This document shows, piece by piece, positions 29,507-40,058 of a stretch of 64,000 nucleotides of DNA. Position 1 is the first letter of the stretch; each line of letters opens with the position of its first letter. The stretch is from a virus (lineage: Duplodnaviria; Heunggongvirae; Uroviricota; Caudoviricetes): positions 1 to 64,000 of IMG/VR virus record IMGVR_UViG_2711768037_000005. The stretch is one strand, 5' to 3'. The translations under genes were made by a program, and so were the position numbers. Under the pieces are notes generated by a model that was not told where the DNA came from, made no database searches, and saw only the letters and a program-made list of their open reading frames with translations.

Positions 29507-29534
29507 CAGGCGTCCAGTTGGACGCCGTTTTATT
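29507..29534 (+). terminator. rho-independent terminator
   Basis: CAGGCGTCCAGTTGGACGCCG then TTTTATT. Confidence 0.5.
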
Positions 29535-29585
29535 CTCGTTATTATCACACACAAGAAAACAATTTGTTAAAAGGTTAAGTTAATT

Positions 29586-30410
29586 ATGCCCAACCACATT
29601 ACAAACGAAATCCGAGTCATAGGTGGTACAAATAAACAACGCTTAGATTTCATACGTTCCATAACTAACAAAAAAGGTCTAATTGACTTTAATACCATTT
29701 GCAGACGTCCGAAAAGTATAGAAATGGAAGAAAACAATCATATCAGGCGCATGGCCTCTGCAATGGCGGGCGAAACAGTTTACGACCACATGTTCGGTGA
29801 ATTAAAGACTCCAGAACAGGTCGAATTAGCTATGCGTGAATCAGGAATGACACGCAAGGAAATTCGCAAAATCAAAGAGCAGGCTCTTATGCGGCTTGAG
29901 AATTATCGTCGCTATGGCTATTACTCATGGTTTGACTGGTCGCGAGCTAATTGGGGAACAAAATGGAATGCCTACAACATCGAAATGCCCGTAAAACGTA
30001 TCCCTACACGTATTAAGTACGGCCATAATTTCCGCCATACACACGTTCGAGCATATGCAAAACGAATCTATAAAAAACGTCTTGCAAGACATGCCGCAAC
30101 TGGTGGTGAGTTGGTGATTCGCTTTGAAACAGCCTGGTCTATGCCAAAACCAATTTATCAAGCGATGGCTAGAAAGTTCCCGCACCTTGAGTTTGTAATA
30201 CGTTATGCAGACGAAGACTTCGGCAATAACTGCGGATTCATTTTACTTCGCAACGGCAAATGGGAATATGACTACATTGCACCGGCGAATAACAAACAAT
30301 CGTCAGAAGAAAAAATCAAATGGCGCAAGTTCGCCTTTGAGTTATGTTGTCCTGGTATCACTCCACAAGAATACGGTCTAAATGAAGAATACGAATACGC
30401 CGGATATTAA
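29586..30410 (+). CDS. hypothetical protein
   Basis: ORF track; preceded by the AACAATTTGTT palindrome. Confidence 0.5.
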   Translation: MPNHITNEIRVIGGTNKQRLDFIRSITNKKGLIDFNTICRRPKSIEMEENNHIRRMASAMAGETVYDHMFGELKTPEQVELAMRESGMTRKEIRKIKEQALMRLENYRRYGYYSWFDWSRANWGTKWNAYNIEMPVKRIPTRIKYGHNFRHTHVRAYAKRIYKKRLARHAATGGELVIRFETAWSMPKPIYQAMARKFPHLEFVIRYADEDFGNNCGFILLRNGKWEYDYIAPANNKQSSEEKIKWRKFAFELCCPGITPQEYGLNEEYEYAGY

Positions 30411-30457
30411 AAAAAATTGTCATTTAGCTTTACGCATGAAGCATAGAGGTTAATAAG

Positions 30458-31198
30458 ATGAAAAGAAAAATTGAAGAACCAAAAACGACCCTTAATAAAC
30501 ATGGGGAAAAAATTCAAACACATCCAGCGTTCGGTCTTGTGAAAACAAGCCGTGTTAGCACAACTGGCATTCGCCTATTTGATTCAGAACTGGAACATAG
30601 AGACTATATTGAAATAGGCGTTTACGAGGCGGAACTGTCCTTAGACAATGAACGAACCCGCCCACAAAGAAGTTGCAATAGACGGCCTTTAGTTGAAATT
30701 AGACTTAGCCAGGCACAATGGGCTGCTATGGTTAGCAGTTTTGGAGTGGGCGAAGGTGTGCCATGCACTATTTCATATAAAACCATTGGAGACTCAATTA
30801 GAGTTCATGATATTGCCGAGCAAAAAAGTATTCGGCAAAAATTCAACGATCAAATAAAGGCCGCTACGAATAGTGAGATTGATCGACTTAATCAGCAAGT
30901 TTCAGAGCTAGGTGAACTTGTGAAAAAAGGAAGAGCTGGAAAACGTGACCTTGAAGAACTATATAGAAAACTAGCATCTGCTGTAGCTAACCTTCCTGAA
31001 AATCTGTGCTTTGCTACCGAATTAATGCAGGAACAAATGGATGAAATTGTCTCATCTGGAAAGGCGGAGATTGAGGCGTATGTTGCGGGCACGGTTATGC
31101 GTAAAGGGTTAGCAGCATTAGGCACAGAATCATGCATTAACGATGATCCTACTGTCTCTATCACCAAAATGGAAAGCGGTAAAGAATTACTGCCATAA
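30458..31198 (+). CDS. hypothetical protein
   Basis: ORF track. Confidence 0.5.
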   Translation: MKRKIEEPKTTLNKHGEKIQTHPAFGLVKTSRVSTTGIRLFDSELEHRDYIEIGVYEAELSLDNERTRPQRSCNRRPLVEIRLSQAQWAAMVSSFGVGEGVPCTISYKTIGDSIRVHDIAEQKSIRQKFNDQIKAATNSEIDRLNQQVSELGELVKKGRAGKRDLEELYRKLASAVANLPENLCFATELMQEQMDEIVSSGKAEIEAYVAGTVMRKGLAALGTESCINDDPTVSITKMESGKELLP

Positions 31199-31218
31199 AT
31201 GCATCTGAGGTACTGACA

Positions 31219-31608
31219 ATGCTTTTAATTCAACCTGGGTTCGGTTTAAAGATAAAAAAAGGACATATGTTCGGTTTCAAAGAATCGAAACGAAAAATTC
31301 TGTCCATTAGATTGCCGTTTATCACCATTCATTGGTTAAACAGAGAGTCAACCGATTATTGGTATAAATGTGCTCTGGCCGCATTTAACGACCCTGACTG
31401 GTTTATAAAAAACCACCATGCTGTTCGTCAGGCAAAGAGAAAAGCTAATACGACATACATGAAGGCGTATCGGAAGGCATGGAAAGAACACCGCGATCGA
31501 TACCAAAAAGACATGGAGAAACTTGAATTGGAAAATATGGATCTAAGAAGGAAGCTCGGTGAAGCACGGCGAGATATTGAAGCATATAAACGTCTTGTAT
31601 CGGAGTGA
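31219..31608 (+). CDS. hypothetical protein
   Basis: ORF track; start uncertain. Confidence 0.35.
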   Translation: MLLIQPGFGLKIKKGHMFGFKESKRKILSIRLPFITIHWLNRESTDYWYKCALAAFNDPDWFIKNHHAVRQAKRKANTTYMKAYRKAWKEHRDRYQKDMEKLELENMDLRRKLGEARRDIEAYKRLVSE

Positions 31609-31671
31609 ATATATCTTTGCTTTATTTTTTTCAAAGGTGATTATTTTCCTATTTATAAGGAGAAGTAAAAC

Positions 31672-32133
31672 ATGGCAGCAATTAAGAAACTCTACGATGC
31701 CGCAAACGCGGCTCTGGATGTTATTGATGATGAAGTATCAAAAGGCTTTCCTGAACCTGATTGGGCGCATCAGCTACGAAACGCTATCGCCGAAATGAAT
31801 CCACCAAATCCGACAACCGACGAGACAGACTGGCAGCGATTTATCCGTATGTACGCTCAGGAAATAGGTCCAACGCCAACGGCAGAGCAAGCAATGCTGC
31901 TGAAATACTTCAAAGAGGCGGGAAAGGATTTACCAATTGATGACTCAGCATATTGGTTCCACTGCGCATGGCGTAAGTTTGACGTGATATTCACACAAGG
32001 CATGGGGAGCAAAGATATGGTTGTGTGGCATCTACTCCATATAGACACAGCCGTTGACAGAGTTATTGAACAGTTTTCCCTAAACAAGAAGATTGATCGC
32101 CTATTCATAACTAACAAAATAAGTAAACACTAA
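31672..32133 (+). CDS. hypothetical protein
   Basis: ORF track; AGGAG-type RBS. Confidence 0.45.
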   Translation: MAAIKKLYDAANAALDVIDDEVSKGFPEPDWAHQLRNAIAEMNPPNPTTDETDWQRFIRMYAQEIGPTPTAEQAMLLKYFKEAGKDLPIDDSAYWFHCAWRKFDVIFTQGMGSKDMVVWHLLHIDTAVDRVIEQFSLNKKIDRLFITNKISKH

Positions 32134-32151
32134 CCACAAAAGGAAAAACAC

Positions 32152-32427
32152 ATGAGAGTTTTAGTTCGAATCGTTACCAGCACTGTCTATGACGCATTTC
32201 CGCTTTTTATCGTCAAAGCCGATGGCCTTAACGACGAAGAAACTGACGCGCTGATCCAGCGTATTCTCGTTGAATATACAGGTCATGACGCTGATTCAGT
32301 GATGGTTGATGATGATGGTGTTTGTTGGCATAACGGCAACTGTTGGTACGTAGAAGAGACTCAACAAATCAGTGATGAAGATGCCGCACATATTGAGCGT
32401 ATTTTAAGCATCAGCACTTTTGAGTGA
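32152..32427 (+). CDS. hypothetical protein
   Basis: ORF track; AAAGGAAAAACACATG start context. Confidence 0.4.
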   Translation: MRVLVRIVTSTVYDAFPLFIVKADGLNDEETDALIQRILVEYTGHDADSVMVDDDGVCWHNGNCWYVEETQQISDEDAAHIERILSISTFE

Positions 32428-32642
32428 GTTTACAGTAAAATTTATATAAGTTAGTATCTACCTATCATGAAGATTTTTATTGAATACTTGTTGCTCATCG
32501 TATCAATAGCTTTTGTCATCGACTGCATTTTCACTGGTGTCATTCGTAAAGTCTTTTCCCCGGTGAACGACGTAGTCATAAACGCTTTGGCTATCGTGCT
32601 CGTATTTAATTCAGCATTTGATGTAATCAAAGAGGTGGCAGC

Positions 32643-32978
32643 ATGAAGGCCATCCCATTCGCGCTGTTGTTCCTTTCTTCGATCGTTGTGGCCGACACCA
32701 CTGTTTATCAGTGTGAAATGTCTGTAGCCGACGTTAAGAATGGCGCTCTTACCGACGTCATAAAAGCACCATATGGAGCGATGGTCGTAGACAGCGGCGA
32801 CCAGTTCTATGTTGTGCGTGACGATCGAGTATTGTCATCCCCATATCTCACAAACCGTAATGGCAAATTAACCGGCGTCGGAGAAGACCACTTCGTATAC
32901 AACAAATACAAGGGCTTCTATGGCGTTCACGCTTCTCAGCAAAGCTACCTTTTCGATGACTGCAAGGAGGTTGGATAA
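32643..32978 (+). CDS. hypothetical secreted protein
   Basis: N-terminal signal-like MKAIPFALLFLSSIVVA. Confidence 0.4.
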   Translation: MKAIPFALLFLSSIVVADTTVYQCEMSVADVKNGALTDVIKAPYGAMVVDSGDQFYVVRDDRVLSSPYLTNRNGKLTGVGEDHFVYNKYKGFYGVHASQQSYLFDDCKEVG

Positions 32979-33190
32979 TGGCATTAACACTGGCAGGTCT
33001 GGAAATCGAGAAAACAAGCGGATACTGGCGTGCTAAGGGTTTCAAGCAGCCTGGCATTCTTGAGCGTCTGGAACGTGAAGATGGGTATATCGTCCACCAG
33101 CGGCGTGAATGGCGTATGTACGATCCAGAAACAGGAAAACTGACTACAAAAGCCGGAACACTTTGGGGTCTGTTGAAGAAAATACACTAA
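32978..33190 (+). CDS. hypothetical protein
   Basis: ORF track; ATGA overlap with upstream gene. Confidence 0.3.
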   Translation: MALTLAGLEIEKTSGYWRAKGFKQPGILERLEREDGYIVHQRREWRMYDPETGKLTTKAGTLWGLLKKIH

Positions 33191-33237
33191 ATGCAAACTG
33201 ACTGCGGCACGTTCCGCAGTCATATTTCATAGTCGTC

Positions 33238-33770
33238 ACCGCTGACAGCATACACAATCAACTGCCGCTGATAGCATATCGAGAGTCTATCTCACCGCTC
33301 ACAGCATACTTTACTCGATTTTTTACCGCTGACAGCATACTTAAGACATTGCATGAATAATGTGTACCGGTATGGGTATAACCAGAACAAAATTACCGCT
33401 GGCAGCATACGAAGGTCTGACATATGCCATTAATTACCGCTGATAGCATATCCAAACAAAAATTCCTCAATAAAACACCGCTGACAGCATACGTTCTATC
33501 AGGGAGCAGCAGGCAATAAATGCCTTTCACTACAAGCAATCAGCGCAATAGCAATAGAATGTTAGTGAGCGCAAACCTATATGGAATGCACTCTTCGAGG
33601 TTAGTAACCACTGGGGAGGTATGACAGAGCATTGAGTGGTGATAGATGATTTACCGCTCACAGCATACGTTCATCTCACTATACCGCTGGTAGCATATCT
33701 TTAACCGTTCACAGCATACATTTCAGAAAAATAGCCGCTGATAGCATACATTTCACCGCTGACAGCATAT
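33238..33770. repeat. iteron array downstream of rep: 12 copies of a 16-bp repeat ACCGCTGACAGCATAC (variants) in two clusters
   Basis: Copies start at 33238, 33264, 33294, 33325, 33395, 33436, 33477, 33653, 33683, 33704, 33734, 33755; irregular spacing; last copy overlaps the rep stop codon. Confidence 0.7.
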
Positions 33771-34864
33771 CAAAGCAGTTTGAGACTATTGGAAAGGATC
33801 TCAATCATCTTGATATTTTCAGGCGTCAAATTCTGCGAAAGTTCAGTTATCTTGTTGATAATGTTCTGTTTAGCATCAATTTCCCCGGCTTTCTCATCTG
33901 GTTTTTTGGGTTCGATGTCTTCAGGTTTTGGCGGTGCGACTTTAAGTTTTGGATTACGGCTGTGAATCTGGATATAGATCGACCGCCCTCGCTTAATCTC
34001 GCTGTATTCGAGATAGCCCAAATCTTGGAGAGCTTTTAAGCCGTTACGTATAGTCTGATTCTGCGAGCTTACATTCCTGCTACTCAAATTGAGTCGCGCA
34101 CGCAATCGAGCAAGCGATACCGGCGCAGGCTTGGTTGGAAGACTTTCGATGAAGGTGTACAGAGCCTGTGCTGTTTCTTTGCGTGGTAGCTTATTGATAA
34201 CCTTTAACTGCAAAAGAACCTTATGGTCAAAGCGATATAGTTCGGCCAGCTTCGGTTCTGCATAGAACACCACCGTATCTTTCTGCTCGTTGTAGTCCAC
34301 GCTATTGATGAGGTGCACCATCAGAAGCGAGATCTTGTTAGAGCCGTCGACGTTCTTTTCTTCATACGTTCTCTGGAAAGACAGAGTTGTACGCATGATC
34401 TTCAAAAGACTGTTTGTAAGCCGGTCGCGGAGTGTTTTGCGGATCTGTGACGATGGATAGCCACAAAACTTCGCAAATTTCGTGATGCTTAACTCGACAC
34501 GACCATTAGGTTCGCCGTATTCTGCCAGCGAACGCACAACGCCCACCCACGTTTTGAAATCATGATCCATGTCCAGGCGAGGACCGGTTATCTTGATATC
34601 GGAATAGCCTTCAGAACGGGCTACTTCGAGCTGGACAAGCTCCTTTGAAGCATCGATCTCATTTGGCTTGTTACGTTTACTGTATTTTGTTCCCTTAAGC
34701 GTGGGGACGAACAACCCCAGTCGCATCAACGCAATTGGTTGGACTGTATTGTTGCTATTAGGGACAAGTTCCCCTGTGTACAATTCAAGGGAACCTTCTT
34801 CAAAGTTGTCGATGTTATCTTCTACTTCTTTGTTATTTTTACCTTTTTTATTTTTTGTGGACAT
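33770..34864 (-). CDS. iteron-binding replication initiator (Rep), putative
   Basis: Only large minus-strand gene; flanked on both sides by iteron arrays; start taken at Met of MSTKNKKGK because the longer ORF-track N-terminus runs into the upstream iterons. Confidence 0.65.
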   Translation of the reverse strand: MSTKNKKGKNNKEVEDNIDNFEEGSLELYTGELVPNSNNTVQPIALMRLGLFVPTLKGTKYSKRNKPNEIDASKELVQLEVARSEGYSDIKITGPRLDMDHDFKTWVGVVRSLAEYGEPNGRVELSITKFAKFCGYPSSQIRKTLRDRLTNSLLKIMRTTLSFQRTYEEKNVDGSNKISLLMVHLINSVDYNEQKDTVVFYAEPKLAELYRFDHKVLLQLKVINKLPRKETAQALYTFIESLPTKPAPVSLARLRARLNLSSRNVSSQNQTIRNGLKALQDLGYLEYSEIKRGRSIYIQIHSRNPKLKVAPPKPEDIEPKKPDEKAGEIDAKQNIINKITELSQNLTPENIKMIEILSNSLKLL

Positions 34865-34884
34865 GTGGACACCTTTGTCATTCA

Positions 34885-34986
34885 ACCGCTGACAGCATAC
34901 TTGATTTGCCGCTGACAGAATACCAAAAACAGTTGGCAGCATACGGTGAACCGCTGACAGACTATCAATTACCGCTGACAGCATAC
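34885..34986. repeat. iteron array upstream of rep (about 5 copies, one degenerate)
   Basis: ACCGCTGACAGCATAC at 34885 and 34971; variants at 34908, 34931 and 34950. Confidence 0.65.
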
Positions 34987-35017
34987 ATGAACATGGCTTC
35001 AGACCAGTCGTGGCGCG

Positions 35018-35102
35018 GCTTACAGCGATCGGGGATCTTATTTGATCTATACAAGGATCTATCTATGGATCTCTTTATTAGGATCTATCCTGTGGATATG
35101 TG
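35018..35102. promoter_or_regulatory. candidate replication origin core: AT-rich stretch with clustered GATC sites and a DnaA-box-like sequence
   Basis: Six GATC within about 80 bp (CGATCGG, GGATCTT, TGATCTA, GGATCTA, GGATCTC, GGATCTA); TGTGGATAT resembles DnaA box TGTGGATAA; adjacent to iterons. Confidence 0.45.
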
Positions 35103-35185
35103 AATAATTAAAACAGGCATTTACTACCTTCGGCGCACCTGGTGGGTTATCGTTGCCTCGGCTAACAATCACAGAAAAATGACAT

Positions 35186-35830
35186 ATGGATCTAAAACGC
35201 ACGCGCTGGTTTCGTCGTCTTGAAGACGGCTCCTACACTATCGAATCAAATTCCAACCTGAATAAGCAGAAATTGCTTTGTGACATCTGCGGTATAGCGG
35301 CGAAGTGCCCGATCTACGAAACCAGAATTAAACTTGATAAGGCTGGTGTGAATTTTCATTTAAACAGTTGCATCAGGTACGTTCCATTACTCGCATTTCG
35401 TAAACCGATCATCGGATTGGATGCTCCCTACTTCAACACACTCCGTTCAGGTGTGACGTGGCGAGATCGTTTATCACCAGACAAGCTGATTTGCCTCGTA
35501 TCCGCAGACACAGGGAAAATCATCCGTTTTGGGAAAGTAGACAAGGTTTACTCAGGCCCAGTAGACGAAATGTTGCGGAAACACAGCCGGTTTAATCATC
35601 TCTGTATGGGTGGTGAGAAAATCGAGAAGGTAGAAGAAGTGATCCGCAAATCCTACGGACACTTTCTGACCAAAGATAGCCTGCTCACCGCAATCTACAT
35701 CAGACATGTAAAACGTGAGTTCGACCTCGAATACCACAGCGAAGAAGAGCTTAACCTTGTTGACCCACGTCCAAAAGCTGGCGTCATAAGCATAAACGCA
35801 GCGCGTAAAAAGCCCACTGACGCGCTGTAA
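35186..35830 (+). CDS. hypothetical protein
   Basis: ORF track. Confidence 0.5.
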   Translation: MDLKRTRWFRRLEDGSYTIESNSNLNKQKLLCDICGIAAKCPIYETRIKLDKAGVNFHLNSCIRYVPLLAFRKPIIGLDAPYFNTLRSGVTWRDRLSPDKLICLVSADTGKIIRFGKVDKVYSGPVDEMLRKHSRFNHLCMGGEKIEKVEEVIRKSYGHFLTKDSLLTAIYIRHVKREFDLEYHSEEELNLVDPRPKAGVISINAARKKPTDAL

Positions 35831-36084
35831 CCCTCCAGATCGTATATTGGCGTAGATAGAATCTACGCCCCCTCAAAATAGCTCTCATAGCGTTCTACAG
35901 TGATCCTGTCTTATTTTTAGTCATACAGACAAGCAAAGTTGCGCCACGATAAATAGGTATATACTTACTTATAAATTTTGTATATTAAGGCGCTCGTTTC
36001 ATTCCTAACATACCGTTATGCATAGTTGTTTACCTCCTCATTGCTCTTAGAATTTGTATCAAAATAAACACAAAGGAAAAATAC

Positions 36085-37170
36085 ATGACTTTGCCATACG
36101 GCGTCATTTCTGACTGCCACTACCACAAATGGGATGCGTTCTCCACGACGAACGCTGAGGGGCTTAACTCCAGACTTGAAATACAGTTGGAAGCAACGAA
36201 AGAAGCAGCCATCGCCATGAAGAAGGCCGGTTGTAAGTACATGTTGGTTGCCGGTGATACATTTCACGTCCGAGGAACTGTGTCCCCTTCTGTTTTGCAT
36301 TACGTAACTGAAACGTACAAGTGGATTATCAACGAGCTTGATCTGACAGTAGTAATGCTGGCCGGTAATCACGATCTTGAAACCAACGATTCAGTATATA
36401 GCGCCAACGCAGCAGCATCGCTGAGTTCTATCGGCGTGGTAATCGTATGTGGCAAGCGCCCACACTCAATAAAAATTGGTGATGTAACTGTCCACCTGAT
36501 TAGCTGGCGTAACAATCATGCAGAGCTTATCAGCGATCTGAAAGCATTACGTAAGAGCGTAGAAGGTGATAATCATGACGTTGTTATCCATACATCCATT
36601 AACAAAGCCATTCCAACAATGCCTGACGTCGGTATCGATGCGCAGGAGTTAAAGGATATCGGCTTTCGTCTCGTGCTTAGTGGGCATTACCACAACCACA
36701 AAGAGGTCATTCCTGGAGTTATCAGTGTCGGTGCACTGACCCATCAAAATTGGGGAGATGTTGGATCTCTGGCTGGTTACATGATCGTAAACCCGGACGG
36801 CAGTTTCAGTCACTACGAAACCAGTGCGCCTAAATTCATTAACCTAGAAGATTATGTTGCCGATGACCAAATTCGCGGCAACTACGTGCGTTTCCGCGCC
36901 GTAATTGAGAACGATGAAGAAGGCATTAAGTACCAGAATATCCTCAAAACAATGGGCGCAAAAGGTGTCGTGTGCAACTTCATCCGTAAGTCATCAATGA
37001 TGGAAGGTACAGCAAGCACAACGGAAACCAGCAAAATCGATAGCTTGGGAGAGTCGGTATCTGCTTATTGCAAGATTGTCCACGATACTGACGGCGGATT
37101 TGATCTGAGCAAGTTGGATATTTTGTGTCAGGAAATCCTCACCGAAGCGGAGAGTTCGGAGTCTGTGTGA
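36085..37170 (+). CDS. SbcD/Mre11-family metallophosphoesterase nuclease
   Basis: Calcineurin-like motifs VISDCHYH, VAGDTFH, LAGNHDL, GHYHNH. Confidence 0.75.
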   Translation: MTLPYGVISDCHYHKWDAFSTTNAEGLNSRLEIQLEATKEAAIAMKKAGCKYMLVAGDTFHVRGTVSPSVLHYVTETYKWIINELDLTVVMLAGNHDLETNDSVYSANAAASLSSIGVVIVCGKRPHSIKIGDVTVHLISWRNNHAELISDLKALRKSVEGDNHDVVIHTSINKAIPTMPDVGIDAQELKDIGFRLVLSGHYHNHKEVIPGVISVGALTHQNWGDVGSLAGYMIVNPDGSFSHYETSAPKFINLEDYVADDQIRGNYVRFRAVIENDEEGIKYQNILKTMGAKGVVCNFIRKSSMMEGTASTTETSKIDSLGESVSAYCKIVHDTDGGFDLSKLDILCQEILTEAESSESV

Positions 37171-37399
37171 GGCAAAGTCGTTATGGAAGCTTTCGAGACT
37201 TTGCCATCACGATGAAAAGACTTGAACGAGGCCAGACGGTGATGTTTCACAAGCCCTACCCGCCACAAGGAAATCCCGTAGCGTTTTATCTTGGAAGGTT
37301 AACCAGAAAAGGCGTATTGAGGCGCAGATCCTTCCCAGCGCATACGGAGTTCAGATTGAAAGAAGGCCAAAAACTAACACACGGTATCAGAGGTGTTAT

Positions 37400-39316
37400 A
37401 TGAAGTTTTTAAAACTCCAGGTTGAGAATTTTATGGCTATCGCCAGCGCGGAGGTCGAGTTAGATCAGCGTGGTTTAGTGCTCATTCAGGGTGTTAATAG
37501 TGATGATAGTTCCGCATCAAGTAATGGCTCTGGGAAGTCAACTCTAATGAATAGCCTGATGTGGTGTCTTTATGGCGAAACAGCTCATGGTGTGAAGGGT
37601 GACGATGTGTTGTCTACCGACCATGAAAAGAACTGTCGTGTTGCAGTAACCATCGAGGATGAAGGCAAGAGATATGCGATCATTCGTCACCGTAAACACA
37701 AAGAGTTCAAAAATCGTCTTATCGTTCGTGGTGAAGATGGCGATATGACGAAAGGCAAAGATGCGCTGACGCAGGAGTTCGTCGAGCGTCTGATCGGTGC
37801 ATCTAAAGAGGTTTTCATGGCTTCCATCTATGCGAGCCAAGAAGCTATGCCAGATCTACCTGGAATGTCCGACAAAAACCTCAAAACCATCGTAGAAGAA
37901 GCCGCTGGCGTTGACAGACTGACACGCGCCTACGCTATTGCTCGTGAGCGAGCTAATGCAGCTGCCGCACGTATGGATGTGGTTAAAACCAAATTGGAGT
38001 CGACAATCTCGACCATTGAGGCAACACAGTCAGAAATTGAGTCCGCGAAAGCCTCCTCTGAATCATGGGAACAAGAGCGTTCTAAACGTTATGACGATGC
38101 CTTGGCTGGGCTGGCAAGTGCCGAAGTTGAGTTAACGGAAGTTGAACTTGAGATCCGCACTCTTCCCGAACAGATCCGTGATACCGAGAAGGCAATCGAA
38201 AGTGAGCGCAAAAAGTTAGCCTCAAAAGAAGAACATGACGCCAAGTTGCTCAAAGTGCGTGGTGCGATAACTGATATTCGGGCAAGCATCAAAGCTACAG
38301 AAAATAGTCAGGCTGATGCAATGAACCGCGCGCGTAATTTTAAGACCAAAGCAGAAGAGGTTGGTACTAAAGTGGGATCACCATGCCCTACTTGTGGCAA
38401 AGCCTACTGCGAAGAAGATCTATCAACGGTGAAGGAGAATTTCATTGAACAAGCACGTCAGGAAATTGGTCAGGCGAAGACACTTGCAGAGGCAATGGCT
38501 AAACACAAAACGAATCTTGAGAAAGCGTTAAGCATTGAGTCTGCCCTTGTTAAAACGACACCTGATGTAACGGCTATCATTGCCCGGATTGAAGAGCTTA
38601 CGAAACAACTCTCATCTTTGCGTCATCGTGAGAAGGAGGTTGTTGCTATTGAGTCTCTTGTGACTCGTGCTCGTACTGAGGTCGATCGTATATCAAAAGA
38701 GATTAATCCGTTTATTGCTCTTATCGCCAGACACGAAGATAACTTGGTATCCAGTAAGTCTACCTTCAAGTCCTTAAAAGATGAGTTGAAGGCTATTCAG
38801 GAACAAACGTTGCTATTGGAAAAAGCTCGTCAGGTCTACTCTCCTGCCGGGGTGCGTTCTCATATTTTGACGTCTGTTACGCCTTTCCTGAATACACGCA
38901 CTGCCGAGTATCTCAATACGTTGTCTGACGGGAATATTACTGCTGAGTGGTCGACGATGGATGTCACTAAAAAAGGTGAGTATCGCGACAAATTCAACAT
39001 TAGTGTGCAGAAGAAAGGTTCAAGTAAGTCGTTCCAGACCCTCTCTGGTGGTGAGAAGCGGAAGGTTCGCATTGCGTGTTCTTTGGCATTGCAGGATCTG
39101 GTTAGTAACCGGGCGAGTAAAAACATCGATTTGTTTATCGGCGACGAAATTGACGATGCACTCGATACAGCCGGTCTTGAACGCCTCATGGGTATTCTGG
39201 AGTCCAAAGCTCGCGAGCGAGGTACTGTGCTGATTATCTCCCATAAAGAGATGAAGTCATGGTTCCGGGAAACTATTACGCTGGAAGTTAAAGAGGGGCG
39301 CAGCTATGTCGTTTAA
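37400..39316 (+). CDS. SbcC/Rad50-family ATPase
   Basis: N-terminal Walker A NGSGKSTLMNSLMWCLYGE; central coiled coil with CPTCGK zinc-hook-like motif; C-terminal signature LSGGEKRKVRIACSLA and Walker B FIGDEIDDALD. Confidence 0.75.
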   Translation: MKFLKLQVENFMAIASAEVELDQRGLVLIQGVNSDDSSASSNGSGKSTLMNSLMWCLYGETAHGVKGDDVLSTDHEKNCRVAVTIEDEGKRYAIIRHRKHKEFKNRLIVRGEDGDMTKGKDALTQEFVERLIGASKEVFMASIYASQEAMPDLPGMSDKNLKTIVEEAAGVDRLTRAYAIARERANAAAARMDVVKTKLESTISTIEATQSEIESAKASSESWEQERSKRYDDALAGLASAEVELTEVELEIRTLPEQIRDTEKAIESERKKLASKEEHDAKLLKVRGAITDIRASIKATENSQADAMNRARNFKTKAEEVGTKVGSPCPTCGKAYCEEDLSTVKENFIEQARQEIGQAKTLAEAMAKHKTNLEKALSIESALVKTTPDVTAIIARIEELTKQLSSLRHREKEVVAIESLVTRARTEVDRISKEINPFIALIARHEDNLVSSKSTFKSLKDELKAIQEQTLLLEKARQVYSPAGVRSHILTSVTPFLNTRTAEYLNTLSDGNITAEWSTMDVTKKGEYRDKFNISVQKKGSSKSFQTLSGGEKRKVRIACSLALQDLVSNRASKNIDLFIGDEIDDALDTAGLERLMGILESKARERGTVLIISHKEMKSWFRETITLEVKEGRSYVV

Positions 39317-40049
39317 ATTAAGCCGCTCGCAGTTTTTGCAGGTATTTGCAGTGATGCAGTCGATAAAACTGATCAATGGGCATACTTCCAATGGTGCGGC
39401 TCCACGTATTCTGTGGGGCAGCAACAATATTGACGGAGTACAATTCGCCGCGTTGCTTGGTCTAATATCCGAGACACCATTGATGCAAAGTTTGAAATCA
39501 CTACCACCTGGATGTATTGCGCCGATCCTGATTAATCCTTTTGTTGAGGGGGGATATCTTCCCAACGTCGGGCCTGGGTTTATTGCATCCCATGAAACTG
39601 AAGATCTTAACATTAATAGCGAAGGGTTCTTTGGGGGAATGGGTGCGCATCACTGTATGGCTTTCACGAACCTTATTCGACTTGCCAATAAGCGGGTGGA
39701 TAGTTTGGCATCGCCAGGTGATGCTTTTACTGGTTTCCTTATCCAAAGGAGGGATAAAAAGTACAGTGCGGACAAACTACAGTTTGTTGGTAAGTATGGA
39801 GAAATGGTAGAAATCGAACTTCAGCTCCCTCATGTTTTAGCAAACGATAGTGCAGACAGTCGGAGGCTGTTGGGCATCATGCGTCATTTCATAGCAAGTG
39901 GCGTTAAACATGCCGTAGATAAACGTGTCACGCAGGAAAATGAGTATTCAGACTTTGCAAACTATCCCCAACCAACGTTGCAAACGGCAATAGTAACCAA
40001 TTCGTTGGAGGCGAGATTATTGGAAAACCCTATATGGGGAACATGGTAA
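39306..40049 (+). CDS. hypothetical protein
   Basis: ORF track; overlaps SbcC stop. Confidence 0.45.
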   Translation: MSFKLSRSQFLQVFAVMQSIKLINGHTSNGAAPRILWGSNNIDGVQFAALLGLISETPLMQSLKSLPPGCIAPILINPFVEGGYLPNVGPGFIASHETEDLNINSEGFFGGMGAHHCMAFTNLIRLANKRVDSLASPGDAFTGFLIQRRDKKYSADKLQFVGKYGEMVEIELQLPHVLANDSADSRRLLGIMRHFIASGVKHAVDKRVTQENEYSDFANYPQPTLQTAIVTNSLEARLLENPIWGTW

Positions 40050-40058
40050 GGAGACTAT

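Noticed and set aside
33238-33770. Possible CRISPR array (many copies of a short repeat)
   Set aside because: Repeats are 16 bp with irregular, mostly short spacing, flank a Rep-like gene on both sides, and no cas genes are nearby; pattern fits plasmid iterons.
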